From a virus (taxonomy: Duplodnaviria > Caudoviricetes): a stretch of DNA of 64,000 nucleotides. The translations under genes were made by a program, and so were the position numbers. Positions 19,847 through 28,738 of this stretch are shown here, piece by piece. Below the pieces are notes generated by a model that worked only from the letters and a program-made list of their open reading frames with translations, made no database searches and had not been told where the DNA came from. Location of the stretch: positions 31,846 to 95,845 of IMG/VR virus record IMGVR_UViG_2881966637_000002. The stretch is one strand, 5' to 3'. Positions within the stretch are counted from its first letter, which is position 1. Each line of letters begins with the position of its first letter.

Positions 19847-20305
19847 TTACTTCGCGTTGTGCTCTATTAAGCCCTTTATAGCCGACTGGTATAGCTTGCC
19901 AAGAAGCTCTGCGTATTCCTTCTCCATAAAGGCATCATAGTTAGTCTTTCCGCTATGCCTTTTTTTGCTAATGAGAATCTGTCGCTGTTCGCCCCCTACG
20001 GTGAATGTCTGACCATTTACATAATCAGCCATGTTGATCAATCCAGGCGAAACAAATTCTTCATCGGCTTTCGCGTTACCCACAAAGCAGTTTTCTGGCC
20101 GAATCAGGTTTTCTCTCGCCAGAAGGCAACTCGTAGCGTACTGTTCAGACGACAAGTCCAGTTGCCGATGGTGATTTATATATTGCCGGGCTTTGGACAA
20201 CTGACCCACACCGTTGATTTGTTGCGATCCCCAGTCCTGAAACGGATTGGGCTCACCGGATCTGACCGGGAACGCATACGTTTCCCATTGGCTTTTGCCC
20301 GACAT
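19847..20305 (-). CDS. Hypothetical protein, possibly the -1 frameshift extension of 20374..20580
   Basis: Frame stays open upstream through the CCT TTT TAA site; its ATG sits in the hairpin GCCCGA-ATG-TCGGGC. Confidence 0.55.
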   Translation of the reverse strand: MSGKSQWETYAFPVRSGEPNPFQDWGSQQINGVGQLSKARQYINHHRQLDLSSEQYATSCLLARENLIRPENCFVGNAKADEEFVSPGLINMADYVNGQTFTVGGEQRQILISKKRHSGKTNYDAFMEKEYAELLGKLYQSAIKGLIEHNAK

Positions 20306-20373
20306 TCGGGCCTTTGCATAAATTGTTGTTATGCCTTGATTCGCGGCAACGTCCTTGTCGAACGTTGCCGCAC

Positions 20374-20580
20374 TTAAAAAGGTCGGATAACGACCTCGAC
20401 CTGTTCCAGCTTGTCCAGATACTTCTCAGGGATTTCCCGGCTGGCGAGCGTCTTGGCATGATCCTCGTTAGTGGCCAGCACGTTTTTAGGATCAAGGATA
20501 ATTTCGGTCTGCTTCCCGGCCTCTACATCTTTGGCACTGGGGTGAAACAAAATGGCAATTTGAAACAGTCGTTTTTTCAT
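20374..20580 (-). CDS. Small phage protein ending ...VVIRPF
   Basis: 68 aa, A-rich leader, ends in CCT TTT TAA followed by a hairpin. Confidence 0.75.
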   Translation of the reverse strand: MKKRLFQIAILFHPSAKDVEAGKQTEIILDPKNVLATNEDHAKTLASREIPEKYLDKLEQVEVVIRPF

Positions 20581-20593
20581 CTGTATTTGGGTT

Positions 20594-21151
20594 TTATAAA
20601 ATTGCGTTCCAGAGTTGGTCCAGGGTAATCGTGCCGCCCTCCGCGATCATTTTCTGCAACCGGGCTTCGGCCTCCGATAGCTCTTTGGCCGTTTCGTTGA
20701 TCAAGCCGCGCAGGTTCTTAGCGGCCGTAACCTGCTTGGGAAAGTCAGCGTGATCAGCCTTTTTCCACACCATCGAATCTTCCTGTTTCTGATACTGCGC
20801 CAGTTTGCGCTTTAAAAACGCGACGTTCGTAACGTCCGGAATGGACGGCAATTCCAGCAGCGCATTGGTCAGCTTCACAAAAGCATCGTCCTTGTACAAG
20901 CCGGTGGGGTACAGCGTCCGGCCCATGTTGTTGACATGGCCCTGGTTCATGGCGGTCATGTGCTCAATGACCTCTTTTTCCCGCAGCTCCAGGTCGCTTT
21001 GCTTGCTGTGCAGGGAGATCGGGTGAGCGAACCAGCACGCGTAATGCAGGGCCGCGTCGCCCCACAAGTTGACCAACGGCTTTATGTCCGGGTGATCCAG
21101 TACCGTGATCGGCCAGCCAAACCCTTTGTCCGGTGTATAGAAAACAAGCAT
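20594..21151 (-). CDS. Hypothetical protein, possibly a crAss-type terminase small-subunit-like protein
   Basis: Helical 185 aa protein; loose recalled similarity to the protein encoded before TerL in crAss-like phages. Confidence 0.4.
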   Translation of the reverse strand: MLVFYTPDKGFGWPITVLDHPDIKPLVNLWGDAALHYACWFAHPISLHSKQSDLELREKEVIEHMTAMNQGHVNNMGRTLYPTGLYKDDAFVKLTNALLELPSIPDVTNVAFLKRKLAQYQKQEDSMVWKKADHADFPKQVTAAKNLRGLINETAKELSEAEARLQKMIAEGGTITLDQLWNAIL

Positions 21152-21154
21152 TAT

Positions 21155-21427
21155 CTATTTTTTCTGGTTGTTCCAGTACGCGAGCCGGCGCGTTCTGCAT
21201 TCGGTATGCACATTCTCCCAGAACGTAGCCGGATCAACCGAACCCGTTTTAAGCTGCTCGATCAATTCGGCCAGCACCGTTTGCACAATCACCTCGGTAT
21301 GACTGTGCCGGTACGGCATAACGGGCGGTACCAGTAACCGTTCCAATTCACGGATCTGGGCCGGGGCATTTGCCGGGGTGGGTGTATTGACAAGTCCCAT
21401 GAATAGTTTTACTAAGGTTTTTACCAT
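21155..21427 (-). CDS. Hypothetical protein
   Basis: ATG (MVKTLVK) immediately after the portal stop. Confidence 0.55.
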   Translation of the reverse strand: MVKTLVKLFMGLVNTPTPANAPAQIRELERLLVPPVMPYRHSHTEVIVQTVLAELIEQLKTGSVDPATFWENVHTECRTRRLAYWNNQKK

Positions 21428-21428
21428 A

Positions 21429-23945
21429 TTACTGGGACGACGATAACGCGGCCTGTTGCTCGGCTGACGCCTGCTCCATTTCTGCATCCATAACCTTATT
21501 TTCCCGGTCGGTGTTCGTCTTTATATCGGTCAGCGTCCCTTTGAAATCTTCTTTCTCCCGGTTATCCGCTACCCGCATCTGAGCGACGAGAATATCCTTC
21601 TCAATTTCCATGCGCAGTAGCTCTTTTTCGTGGTCGCGCTGGGCCTGTTTGTCGGCCAGTTGCATCTGAGCCAGTTGACCCTCTTGCTGGGCCTGTGCCG
21701 ACGCCCGTTCGGCCACGGCCTCCCGTGCTTTGCGGTAATTGGCGTAGCCAACGGAAGGATTGGGCGAGAGAATGATCTGCATCAACGCTTCGGCGTCGTC
21801 CGAGCCGCCCGACTGCATGAGCAAGGTGACGAGTTGATCCAGGGCCTGCTTCGTATCGGAGAGTAACTGACCCGACTCTAACCGGATCGCGAAGTCCGCG
21901 CTGCGCAACTCGCGGGTGAGCTGGAGAATTTTCTGCTCGTTTTTGCTGATCACCATCAACGCCTGGTTATCGACGGCGTAATGGAATTTGGATACGTCGG
22001 CGCAGGTCTGTAGCAGCTCGTTCATGAACTGGCTGTGCTCCCAGTTGAAGTCGATATTGAGCTGCTTTTGATTCGCGATGTTGAGCTGCTGCTGCTTACC
22101 CGAGGAGTACGGGCTGGTCTGACCCTGAACATCGGGGCCGGCCCCGACCCGTATTTCGTAGCTGGTTTGCCAGTCGCGAAACATTTGCCACGCGACTTTG
22201 AGCTGTTCGCTGGCGTTGGAGAGCTCGATTGTTTTTAAATGCTGCAAGCCGGCCATGTTGCCCGGCTGGTACTTGGTGCTGTCGATCTTGACCACACCGG
22301 TCATTTTCGCATTGTAGCGGTAGGCCACCGCGTTTTTACCCTGCGTATCGTCAATGATCAGGGCTTTGTCATACCCCATGTCGGCCAGAAACATATCGAC
22401 CCGCTGCATGAGTACGTTGCCACGGGCCGCGTCGTCCTCCCCGAGCCTGGCCATCGACTTCTCGTAGCTGATCCGGCCTACAACCGGCCAGTATATTTTG
22501 TCCCGCTCCTGGGTATCTTCATCAAAATCAGGTTGGTATTTGTACGGGCCGATGTCGATAAACGAGTCGTGGCCGATCCGTTTAAACGACCATAGCTGAG
22601 GCCGGGCGTATACTTTCACATTGGCCCGGCTTGGTAATTTGGTGCCGATTGGTGTAAAGTCGATGTCGTAGCCGATCCCACCGCTACGAGCCGTTTGCCA
22701 GCTCTTTAGCTCTCTGTCGGTCGCCGGGCTGCGGGTGCCATCGCGATCCACGCGCTCGACCATGAACCGCTTTTCCCGCAGCATGGTGAAAAAGTTGTGC
22801 TGCACCAGCATATTCACCAGCAGCTTGCCCGTCCCGCGCATGGGATAGAACAGGTTGCGCATCCAGTTCACCTCCGTACTGGTGTAGTCCCTGTTCTCGT
22901 CCAGGCAGTAATTGGTGGTGTCGGCTGATATGCCCCGGCTGGACCAGTAGGTGCCGTACGGGTCGTAGCCGATACGGGGCGCGTTGCGCTCGAACAGCTT
23001 TTCCACGTACCGCAACGCACCCTTCACCCCGGTGCCGGTCGCGAGCTGGCCGGTGCCGAACGTATTGATCAGTTCGGTCGGCGTCATGTACTCGTTGACC
23101 TGGATACCGAACACAGCGGGGTCGCTGAGCTGCTCGACGGGTTTACCCGCCATCCACCTTACTTCGGCCGGCGTAAGGGCCCTGGCGCACACCCGGCCGT
23201 TCTTGACTTCGGTGAACGCGAACTGGCCATTGACCCGGAACTTATGCTTTAACGATTTACGACCGATGTCCTGAAAGCTGCACCGGGCGTCAATGTCTTG
23301 CAACAGGTCGTAGACAATGCCTTGTACCTGCTCTTGCCCGGTGGCGAAACTCAGCCACTCGTCGGTGGTTTTGGGCAACTGGATGTTGGGGTCAATTACC
23401 GGCGCAACGTGGCCTTCCCCCTGGGCGTACATGGTCTGAAGCATGGATTGCATCGCCAGCTTCGCGCCTTTCTTCGCGTCGTCCAGAATAGACTTCTGGG
23501 CGAAATCGGTATTGATATTGCGGACGCCGAACTGAAACGGCTGGGCCAGGATCTGGCTGAGAATGGTTTTTTCCGCGCCGTGGAAGAAATGGTTGTCTTT
23601 CACCCCTAACGCCGGCTCCTCCCCGAACAGCTTCATCAACGGTTCGTAATCGCTGCGGTTCAGCTTTCCGGCCACGACGTCATAGAGTCTGGCGTGGTTC
23701 GGGTTATGATTGCCGTAGAGCGGGTGGGGGTTGAGCAGCATGTAGTCCGATACACGGCGCAGGAACTCAACCAGAAGCAGGGGGTTGGTGTTGAACTCGT
23801 CGTTCCAGACCAGGATTGGCTGGTCGAATAGCTGCTTCTGGCGGGCTTCGCTCGACGCCTGGTATTGCCACGGCAGTTGGTCATGCCGCGACACATAGGC
23901 GTTGTACGCGTTCTGGTGAGCTATCGGTACGTAGTTGGAAACCAT
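21429..23945 (-). CDS. Portal protein (podovirus, crAss-like size)
   Basis: 838 aa, first gene of the structural operon; N..LYDVVAGKLN..DY near the N-terminus; long Q/A/E coiled-coil C-terminus. Confidence 0.75.
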   Translation of the reverse strand: MVSNYVPIAHQNAYNAYVSRHDQLPWQYQASSEARQKQLFDQPILVWNDEFNTNPLLLVEFLRRVSDYMLLNPHPLYGNHNPNHARLYDVVAGKLNRSDYEPLMKLFGEEPALGVKDNHFFHGAEKTILSQILAQPFQFGVRNINTDFAQKSILDDAKKGAKLAMQSMLQTMYAQGEGHVAPVIDPNIQLPKTTDEWLSFATGQEQVQGIVYDLLQDIDARCSFQDIGRKSLKHKFRVNGQFAFTEVKNGRVCARALTPAEVRWMAGKPVEQLSDPAVFGIQVNEYMTPTELINTFGTGQLATGTGVKGALRYVEKLFERNAPRIGYDPYGTYWSSRGISADTTNYCLDENRDYTSTEVNWMRNLFYPMRGTGKLLVNMLVQHNFFTMLREKRFMVERVDRDGTRSPATDRELKSWQTARSGGIGYDIDFTPIGTKLPSRANVKVYARPQLWSFKRIGHDSFIDIGPYKYQPDFDEDTQERDKIYWPVVGRISYEKSMARLGEDDAARGNVLMQRVDMFLADMGYDKALIIDDTQGKNAVAYRYNAKMTGVVKIDSTKYQPGNMAGLQHLKTIELSNASEQLKVAWQMFRDWQTSYEIRVGAGPDVQGQTSPYSSGKQQQLNIANQKQLNIDFNWEHSQFMNELLQTCADVSKFHYAVDNQALMVISKNEQKILQLTRELRSADFAIRLESGQLLSDTKQALDQLVTLLMQSGGSDDAEALMQIILSPNPSVGYANYRKAREAVAERASAQAQQEGQLAQMQLADKQAQRDHEKELLRMEIEKDILVAQMRVADNREKEDFKGTLTDIKTNTDRENKVMDAEMEQASAEQQAALSSSQ

Positions 23946-23986
23946 TTGGGCCGCAGCTACCGATATAGGTAAACCTGCGGCCCAAA
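23945..23986. repeat. 12-bp inverted repeat touching the portal start codon and the promoter -7 box
   Basis: TTTGGGCCGCAG (23945-56) / CTGCGGCCCAAA (23975-86). Confidence 0.85.
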
Positions 23987-24013
23987 AATAAAACTATTGT
24001 TTAAATATGCAAA
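23983..24013 (-). promoter_or_regulatory. Bacteroidota sigma-A-type promoter for the structural operon
   Basis: TTTG-19 nt-TATTTTTG on the minus strand matches the -33 TTTG / -7 TAnnTTTG consensus. Confidence 0.65.
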
Positions 24014-24022
24014 AAAACATAT

Positions 24023-24595
24023 CTACAGCTTAACTTCCTTCATCTCGTCAAACCACTCTTTTGTCGGAAAGACAGCGTGTTGCATATCAAAGAAAAAGGC
24101 TGGGTTTCCCTGCGAGTTGCCATGTAGTTTTGCATCAATGCGAACCAAGACGCCCATCTGGCTTAAATCGGTTAACACTTCTACAACCAGATCATAATCC
24201 AATTCGGTGTTACGCATGATATGGTCGGGCTCAATTAAAAAGTACACATTTTCTTCGTGCACCGACTTGAGCATATTAGCTTTTTCAACCCCGGCCATGA
24301 ACCTGAACACAGTTCGGCTGGCCTCGAACAGCACTACGGCAATTTCCCGAGTAAACTCCTTTACGCACGGGGCTGCGTATCTCGCTATCCGATCTTCCAC
24401 TAGCATGGAGTCGTAGATGCGTTTGGGGCCGATTTTTTCCTGTTGCTCCTCAGACCATAAATAAGAAAATCCTATTTGGCATATCTCGTACGGACTTAGG
24501 GATTGTCTGGGTTCACGGTCGTTTGAGTGGTTGTGCATTTTAGGTGCCGGGGCTTCCGCTAAGCAACCTTCTGCGACGCGATTTGAATTGAACAT
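24023..24595 (-). CDS. Hypothetical protein with C-terminal winged-HTH-like segment
   Basis: IMRNTELDYDLVVEVLTDLSQMGVLVR pattern. Confidence 0.55.
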   Translation of the reverse strand: MFNSNRVAEGCLAEAPAPKMHNHSNDREPRQSLSPYEICQIGFSYLWSEEQQEKIGPKRIYDSMLVEDRIARYAAPCVKEFTREIAVVLFEASRTVFRFMAGVEKANMLKSVHEENVYFLIEPDHIMRNTELDYDLVVEVLTDLSQMGVLVRIDAKLHGNSQGNPAFFFDMQHAVFPTKEWFDEMKEVKL

Positions 24596-24661
24596 AACTC
24601 AGGGGGGTTATTGGTTTATGATAATAAACTGTCTGTAATTGGGCCTTAAAACACTTTTAGT

Positions 24662-25213
24662 TTACACGATCTCGTTGCGGTCGTAATACGCAAACACCTC
24701 GGCCAACTGCGTTTCGTCTTTCACCGTGAACTCCCAATCGTCGGGGGCTACTTCTTTCTCGATCACGTTGATGTAAAACGTTTTCGGCGTGAAGGGTAAC
24801 CGGACCCATTGCCGCGACGGTATTTTTTTTCCGTCCGCCAATATCGCACTGCCTGTATACGACCCTCCGTTTTGGGTTTGCCACACAATGGCGTCGAGGT
24901 AGTACGGCTTACCTTCTTTTCCGTTTTTGAACACCGCACCACACCGACTGTTCTGAAATATGCCCCCATCAACCTCGCCCCACTCATTGTCGTTTCCGGT
25001 AATAGGCAGCAGCGGCTTGAAGTTAGCGAGGTCATAAAACAGCTTACTCACCATTGGAGCTGAGCTGCCCGAGTGGCCCTGCTCGGCAAAAACCGCCATT
25101 AAGTCGAGCACGTTTTTTTTAAGGTGCTGGGTATACTCGTCTTTTTCTTCCTGATTGTCGGTTGCGATCAGGGCATCAAGCTCACGCTCGGCATGGGAAA
25201 TGAGATTACTCAT
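24662..25213 (-). CDS. Phage hypothetical protein
   Basis: 183 aa with AERELD...FAEQGHSGSSA...PITG.D.EW...FQNSRC motifs recalled from phage proteins. Confidence 0.75.
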   Translation of the reverse strand: MSNLISHAERELDALIATDNQEEKDEYTQHLKKNVLDLMAVFAEQGHSGSSAPMVSKLFYDLANFKPLLPITGNDNEWGEVDGGIFQNSRCGAVFKNGKEGKPYYLDAIVWQTQNGGSYTGSAILADGKKIPSRQWVRLPFTPKTFYINVIEKEVAPDDWEFTVKDETQLAEVFAYYDRNEIV

Positions 25214-25234
25214 GGTTTTATTATTGTATTTGGG

Positions 25235-25513
25235 TTATTTGGTTGAATTTTCGGCTTGGTACTGGCCGCAGGCCGGCCAGTTGATCAGGTGATCGGTGGT
25301 AACAGAGCTGGATACGCCCCGTTTGGCACATTTGTAGTACCGTTTGCTGTACTCTACGTACCGGAGTAGCGCACAGGTCTTGCATTTCGCCCCTTCCGGC
25401 CCCGGCCCAAACACTTTTATGCATGGATTGCCGTGTTTGGTGCCCGAATGCCAGGCTGATCGGTTTGGTTTGGGCGTGGCGTCCGGTATTTCCTGCCCGA
25501 ACAGATCAATCAT
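25235..25513 (-). CDS. Small Cys-rich hypothetical protein
   Basis: CKTC...C...C pattern; overlaps the upstream stop. Confidence 0.65.
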   Translation of the reverse strand: MIDLFGQEIPDATPKPNRSAWHSGTKHGNPCIKVFGPGPEGAKCKTCALLRYVEYSKRYYKCAKRGVSSSVTTDHLINWPACGQYQAENSTK

Positions 25514-25811
25514 GGACGTAACGGAGGAACTTTAACGCGTGGTAGCCAATAGATCGGGGGGTCGGGCTGTATTGGAACGTGATGTAACGCCGACAAAGCC
25601 GATTTTTAGACACGGTTTCCAGCGAGGCCCTTATTACACCGTCGTTCGTTTTGTGAACCGTAACGATCACGATTCCCAACAGATGGGTGTACTGATAGAT
25701 GTGGTTGGACATAACCCACGCCACCATATTTTTTTCCTCAAACAGTAGCTGAGTAGAGCCGCTGGTCAGTGCATAGGAGGTGTCTTGATCCGGATCGAGC
25801 GTATAGGACAT
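25506..25811 (-). CDS. Hypothetical protein
   Basis: Tightly packed co-oriented ORF. Confidence 0.6.
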   Translation of the reverse strand: MSYTLDPDQDTSYALTSGSTQLLFEEKNMVAWVMSNHIYQYTHLLGIVIVTVHKTNDGVIRASLETVSKNRLCRRYITFQYSPTPRSIGYHALKFLRYVHD

Positions 25812-25813
25812 GG

Positions 25814-26683
25814 CTATGCGGAGGTTTCAGGTTTATCCAGTAGCTCGGGGCCGATGGTGGCCCGTCTGGCGATTACTTTTTGGTAGGATAGCTTGGCTAG
25901 ATCCTCCAGGCTCATGCCCAGACAGGAGGCCGTGGCGTTGAGGTAGTAGAACACGTCGGCAAGTTCGACGTTGAATTTCGTCTCGGTAACCTCAAAGCGG
26001 AGTGCCTGGCTGTATCGGCTGTCACTGCGAACTTTTTTCTTGATCCGGTCAATTTCGGACGCGAACTCCACAAATAGAGCCTTATAGTGGGCAATGACTT
26101 GTTCAAAAGTCAATAGGTCGTCTATCTCACCGATCTGTGTGTTGTCAGCATATATCTCGGCTTCGGCCGCGACCTCCCCTACTTCACCCAGTAACCCGAG
26201 TAAGGCGACGGGCTGTATCCGGCCCTTGACATAGCCGATCTGGTGCTGAAGCGCGGTCAGCTTCGTTACGTAGTTTTGTGTCTCGACTTCCGCGCAATAG
26301 GTATTAATAAACGTGATCGGATCAACCCCTTCGTCGCTGGCCAGGTTGCCAATGACCAGAGCGCGGTTCGTTTCCTTTGTTAAATTGAGTTCATCTTCAA
26401 TCAAATAAAACAAACCAACCTTAGCAATCTCCGCGCAATCAAACTCGCTGGTGTCCATGCTACCGGGTTCGCAGATGCAATACCAGAAGTCGATGTGGTT
26501 ATGCCGGGTTTTGTTGTTGTACGGCTCAATCACTTTGTTATAATATTTGCTGGCGATTTTATGATCCAGTTCAGCTACGTAGTACAAATCGGTATCGTCA
26601 TGGTAACCGGAACGAAACGGTTTGGAAACTTGGGTTGGCTGCATGTGGTCGATCACAGCCTGGGTACACAGGTATTGCTCCAT
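25814..26683 (-). CDS. Protein with C-terminal MazG-like nucleotide pyrophosphohydrolase domain
   Basis: GLLGEVGEVA...ELADVFYYLNATASCLGMSLEDLA. Confidence 0.75.
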   Translation of the reverse strand: MEQYLCTQAVIDHMQPTQVSKPFRSGYHDDTDLYYVAELDHKIASKYYNKVIEPYNNKTRHNHIDFWYCICEPGSMDTSEFDCAEIAKVGLFYLIEDELNLTKETNRALVIGNLASDEGVDPITFINTYCAEVETQNYVTKLTALQHQIGYVKGRIQPVALLGLLGEVGEVAAEAEIYADNTQIGEIDDLLTFEQVIAHYKALFVEFASEIDRIKKKVRSDSRYSQALRFEVTETKFNVELADVFYYLNATASCLGMSLEDLAKLSYQKVIARRATIGPELLDKPETSA

Positions 26684-26754
26684 TGTTTTAATAAGGATTT
26701 TTAGTTGCTTTATTGTTTGACTTTATTGATAAATCTGCCGGACAACGATGTTGC

Positions 26755-27207
26755 TTATGGCATCTGTTTATGTACGGCTAACCCTTCTTTGATCCAGTTG
26801 TTGGTGTCAACGCCAATAGACCGCAGGTAGTCAATGAGGCTGGCGTAAGGAAGCATTTCATCGCAGCCAATCTCGCCATCGTTCCAGATCGTTAAGAAAG
26901 GTTTGCTTTCATTTGGGTAGCAAAACAGAACATGGTCCCCTTCTTCAGCCTGCGTTATAACAAAGATGTCTCCAAAATGGGCCACCCACTCTTGGTTTGT
27001 TACGTCTGTTGGTAGCCGAAGGACGGGGCGCAGGTAATTTGGCGAAAACATACCGAAGCCGCCTGAAAAAAGCACCTCGGCTCTTGCCGATAAGCTAACC
27101 AAGATTCCACGCTGGCCGTGGTACGGGTTATAAATGCAATCTATCTGCACCTGTTTGTTGATGCACTGGCCCAGTTGCTGCGGGGTAAGTTGCCTGGTCT
27201 CGCTCAT
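26755..27207 (-). CDS. Hypothetical phage protein
   Basis: 150 aa co-oriented ORF with an A/C-rich leader. Confidence 0.65.
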   Translation of the reverse strand: MSETRQLTPQQLGQCINKQVQIDCIYNPYHGQRGILVSLSARAEVLFSGGFGMFSPNYLRPVLRLPTDVTNQEWVAHFGDIFVITQAEEGDHVLFCYPNESKPFLTIWNDGEIGCDEMLPYASLIDYLRSIGVDTNNWIKEGLAVHKQMP

Positions 27208-27268
27208 GTGGTTGTCGTTTTGGAAACAACCCGACCAGCACGGCCGGCCGGGTGTCCGAACCTTCCTC

Positions 27269-27880
27269 TTAACTTACTGATTCCGCAAAGTCTATTGCCA
27301 TCTGTTTAGCGTCGTCCAAGGTCAGGGCGGTCCATTCGCCCCGGCCCCATTTAGGCGGAAAGGTGCAGAACGCCTGCCCCTGTTTACCGCGCAAGGCTTC
27401 GTTGCCGATGGTATCGGCATAGGTCCACGTTATTTTCGCCCCCGGATGGCCTGCTCCGTCGGTTTGCCCCAGCTCGCCCGATACTAACAGGTGCTCAGGC
27501 TCCGTATGAAAGTTTATGGCCCATTCCAAGAAGTCTACTTCATTCGCTGGGCTGTAGTTAGCCCCGTCTTTCTGAACTGTATAGCCTACTCCAAAGCCGT
27601 AATACGCCCGGTGTGACCAGCCGTACCACTTCTGCTCAGCCGGGTTGAAACCAATACAGGCGGTATTGCCGTCCGGGTCTTTTTTCTGGATCTGCTCGGT
27701 AATGCCTTTGTTGTACAGCCAGCGCACATCTTCGGTCAGGTTACCGAAGCACAGGTACGCACCGTCGAGCCGGGTGACGTACATATCAATAGGTTCCTGA
27801 CCTTCGCCCGGACTCCACGGCTTTATCTCTGCAATTCGCTCAAGCCACTGCTCAAATGTTTCCTTTATTTCTGTTGTCAT
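27269..27880 (-). CDS. Phage hypothetical protein
   Basis: IGFNPAEQKWYGWSHRA motif; 203 aa. Confidence 0.7.
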   Translation of the reverse strand: MTTEIKETFEQWLERIAEIKPWSPGEGQEPIDMYVTRLDGAYLCFGNLTEDVRWLYNKGITEQIQKKDPDGNTACIGFNPAEQKWYGWSHRAYYGFGVGYTVQKDGANYSPANEVDFLEWAINFHTEPEHLLVSGELGQTDGAGHPGAKITWTYADTIGNEALRGKQGQAFCTFPPKWGRGEWTALTLDDAKQMAIDFAESVS

Positions 27881-27914
27881 TTTGTTAGCCGTTTTGCGCC
27901 CGGTCGGCGTTGGT

Positions 27915-28115
27915 TTAAACTATTCGGCCCTCTGGCTCTACCCACACATTTGTAGGGTCACATGGCGGGGCAGTATCATACACTGTATCGTTGAGAAAAT
28001 AGGTTACGCGTCCGGCAACATATTCACGTACACAGGCACAATCCTGACAGTTTTGAGCGGATTCGTATATGGTTTTTTTAATTGGGGTTCCGCCCCACTT
28101 GTGACGTTTTGCCAT
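27915..28115 (-). CDS. Small Cys-containing hypothetical protein
   Basis: H..W...CQDCACVR; packed in the operon. Confidence 0.55.
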   Translation of the reverse strand: MAKRHKWGGTPIKKTIYESAQNCQDCACVREYVAGRVTYFLNDTVYDTAPPCDPTNVWVEPEGRIV

Positions 28116-28122
28116 TTTACTG

Positions 28123-28359
28123 TTATCCGCAGTCTGTGAATAAGTATCGAAGGTCTTGGTCGGTCAACGGTGTTTTGTCTAGCACCATCCGCAACGTGTT
28201 GGCCATTGTACTCGCCTGCATGAACACTAAGCTGAGTTCCTGGCTTCGCTGTGCGTAGTTCGGCGTTGTTTTGGTAATTTTCAGCTTTTCCAGCAACGCC
28301 TGATTACTACGTTTAGTGGCTACCGTTATCAGCTTTTCGATCTCAGCTTTCTTTTTCAT
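28123..28359 (-). CDS. Hypothetical protein
   Basis: ATGA coupling with the upstream gene. Confidence 0.6.
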   Translation of the reverse strand: MKKKAEIEKLITVATKRSNQALLEKLKITKTTPNYAQRSQELSLVFMQASTMANTLRMVLDKTPLTDQDLRYLFTDCG

Positions 28360-28718
28360 GCGTCGAAAAAGGATTCGATTGCTGAATCTGGAATGTCTAT
28401 ACCGGCTTCCTTTTTTAGATGCTCGGCAAATGCGCTGATCAGGTTCATATTTCGGTCGGTGCGGGCCATCAGCTCCTCGTCCGCTTCTTCACAACCAACA
28501 AGCATTCGTTCCCGTAACAGTTGCAAAGCCTCAATCGCTCTGTCTACCGTCCCTTGATCTGGAAAGGTGAGTGTAATGTATAATGGTAGCCTCATTGTGT
28601 CGTCAATCTCTGGAGAGAAACAGAATCCGCGCTCCCATTTTTCAAACGCATTTCTTCTAAAGCTGTCAGGGGCTACCACGACGTGAGAAATTGCGATAGG
28701 TATGATAATTTCGGCCAT
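28356..28718 (-). CDS. Hypothetical protein
   Basis: 120 aa with A-rich leader. Confidence 0.6.
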   Translation of the reverse strand: MAEIIIPIAISHVVVAPDSFRRNAFEKWERGFCFSPEIDDTMRLPLYITLTFPDQGTVDRAIEALQLLRERMLVGCEEADEELMARTDRNMNLISAFAEHLKKEAGIDIPDSAIESFFDA

Positions 28719-28738
28719 TGTATTGAAGTTTATAAATC

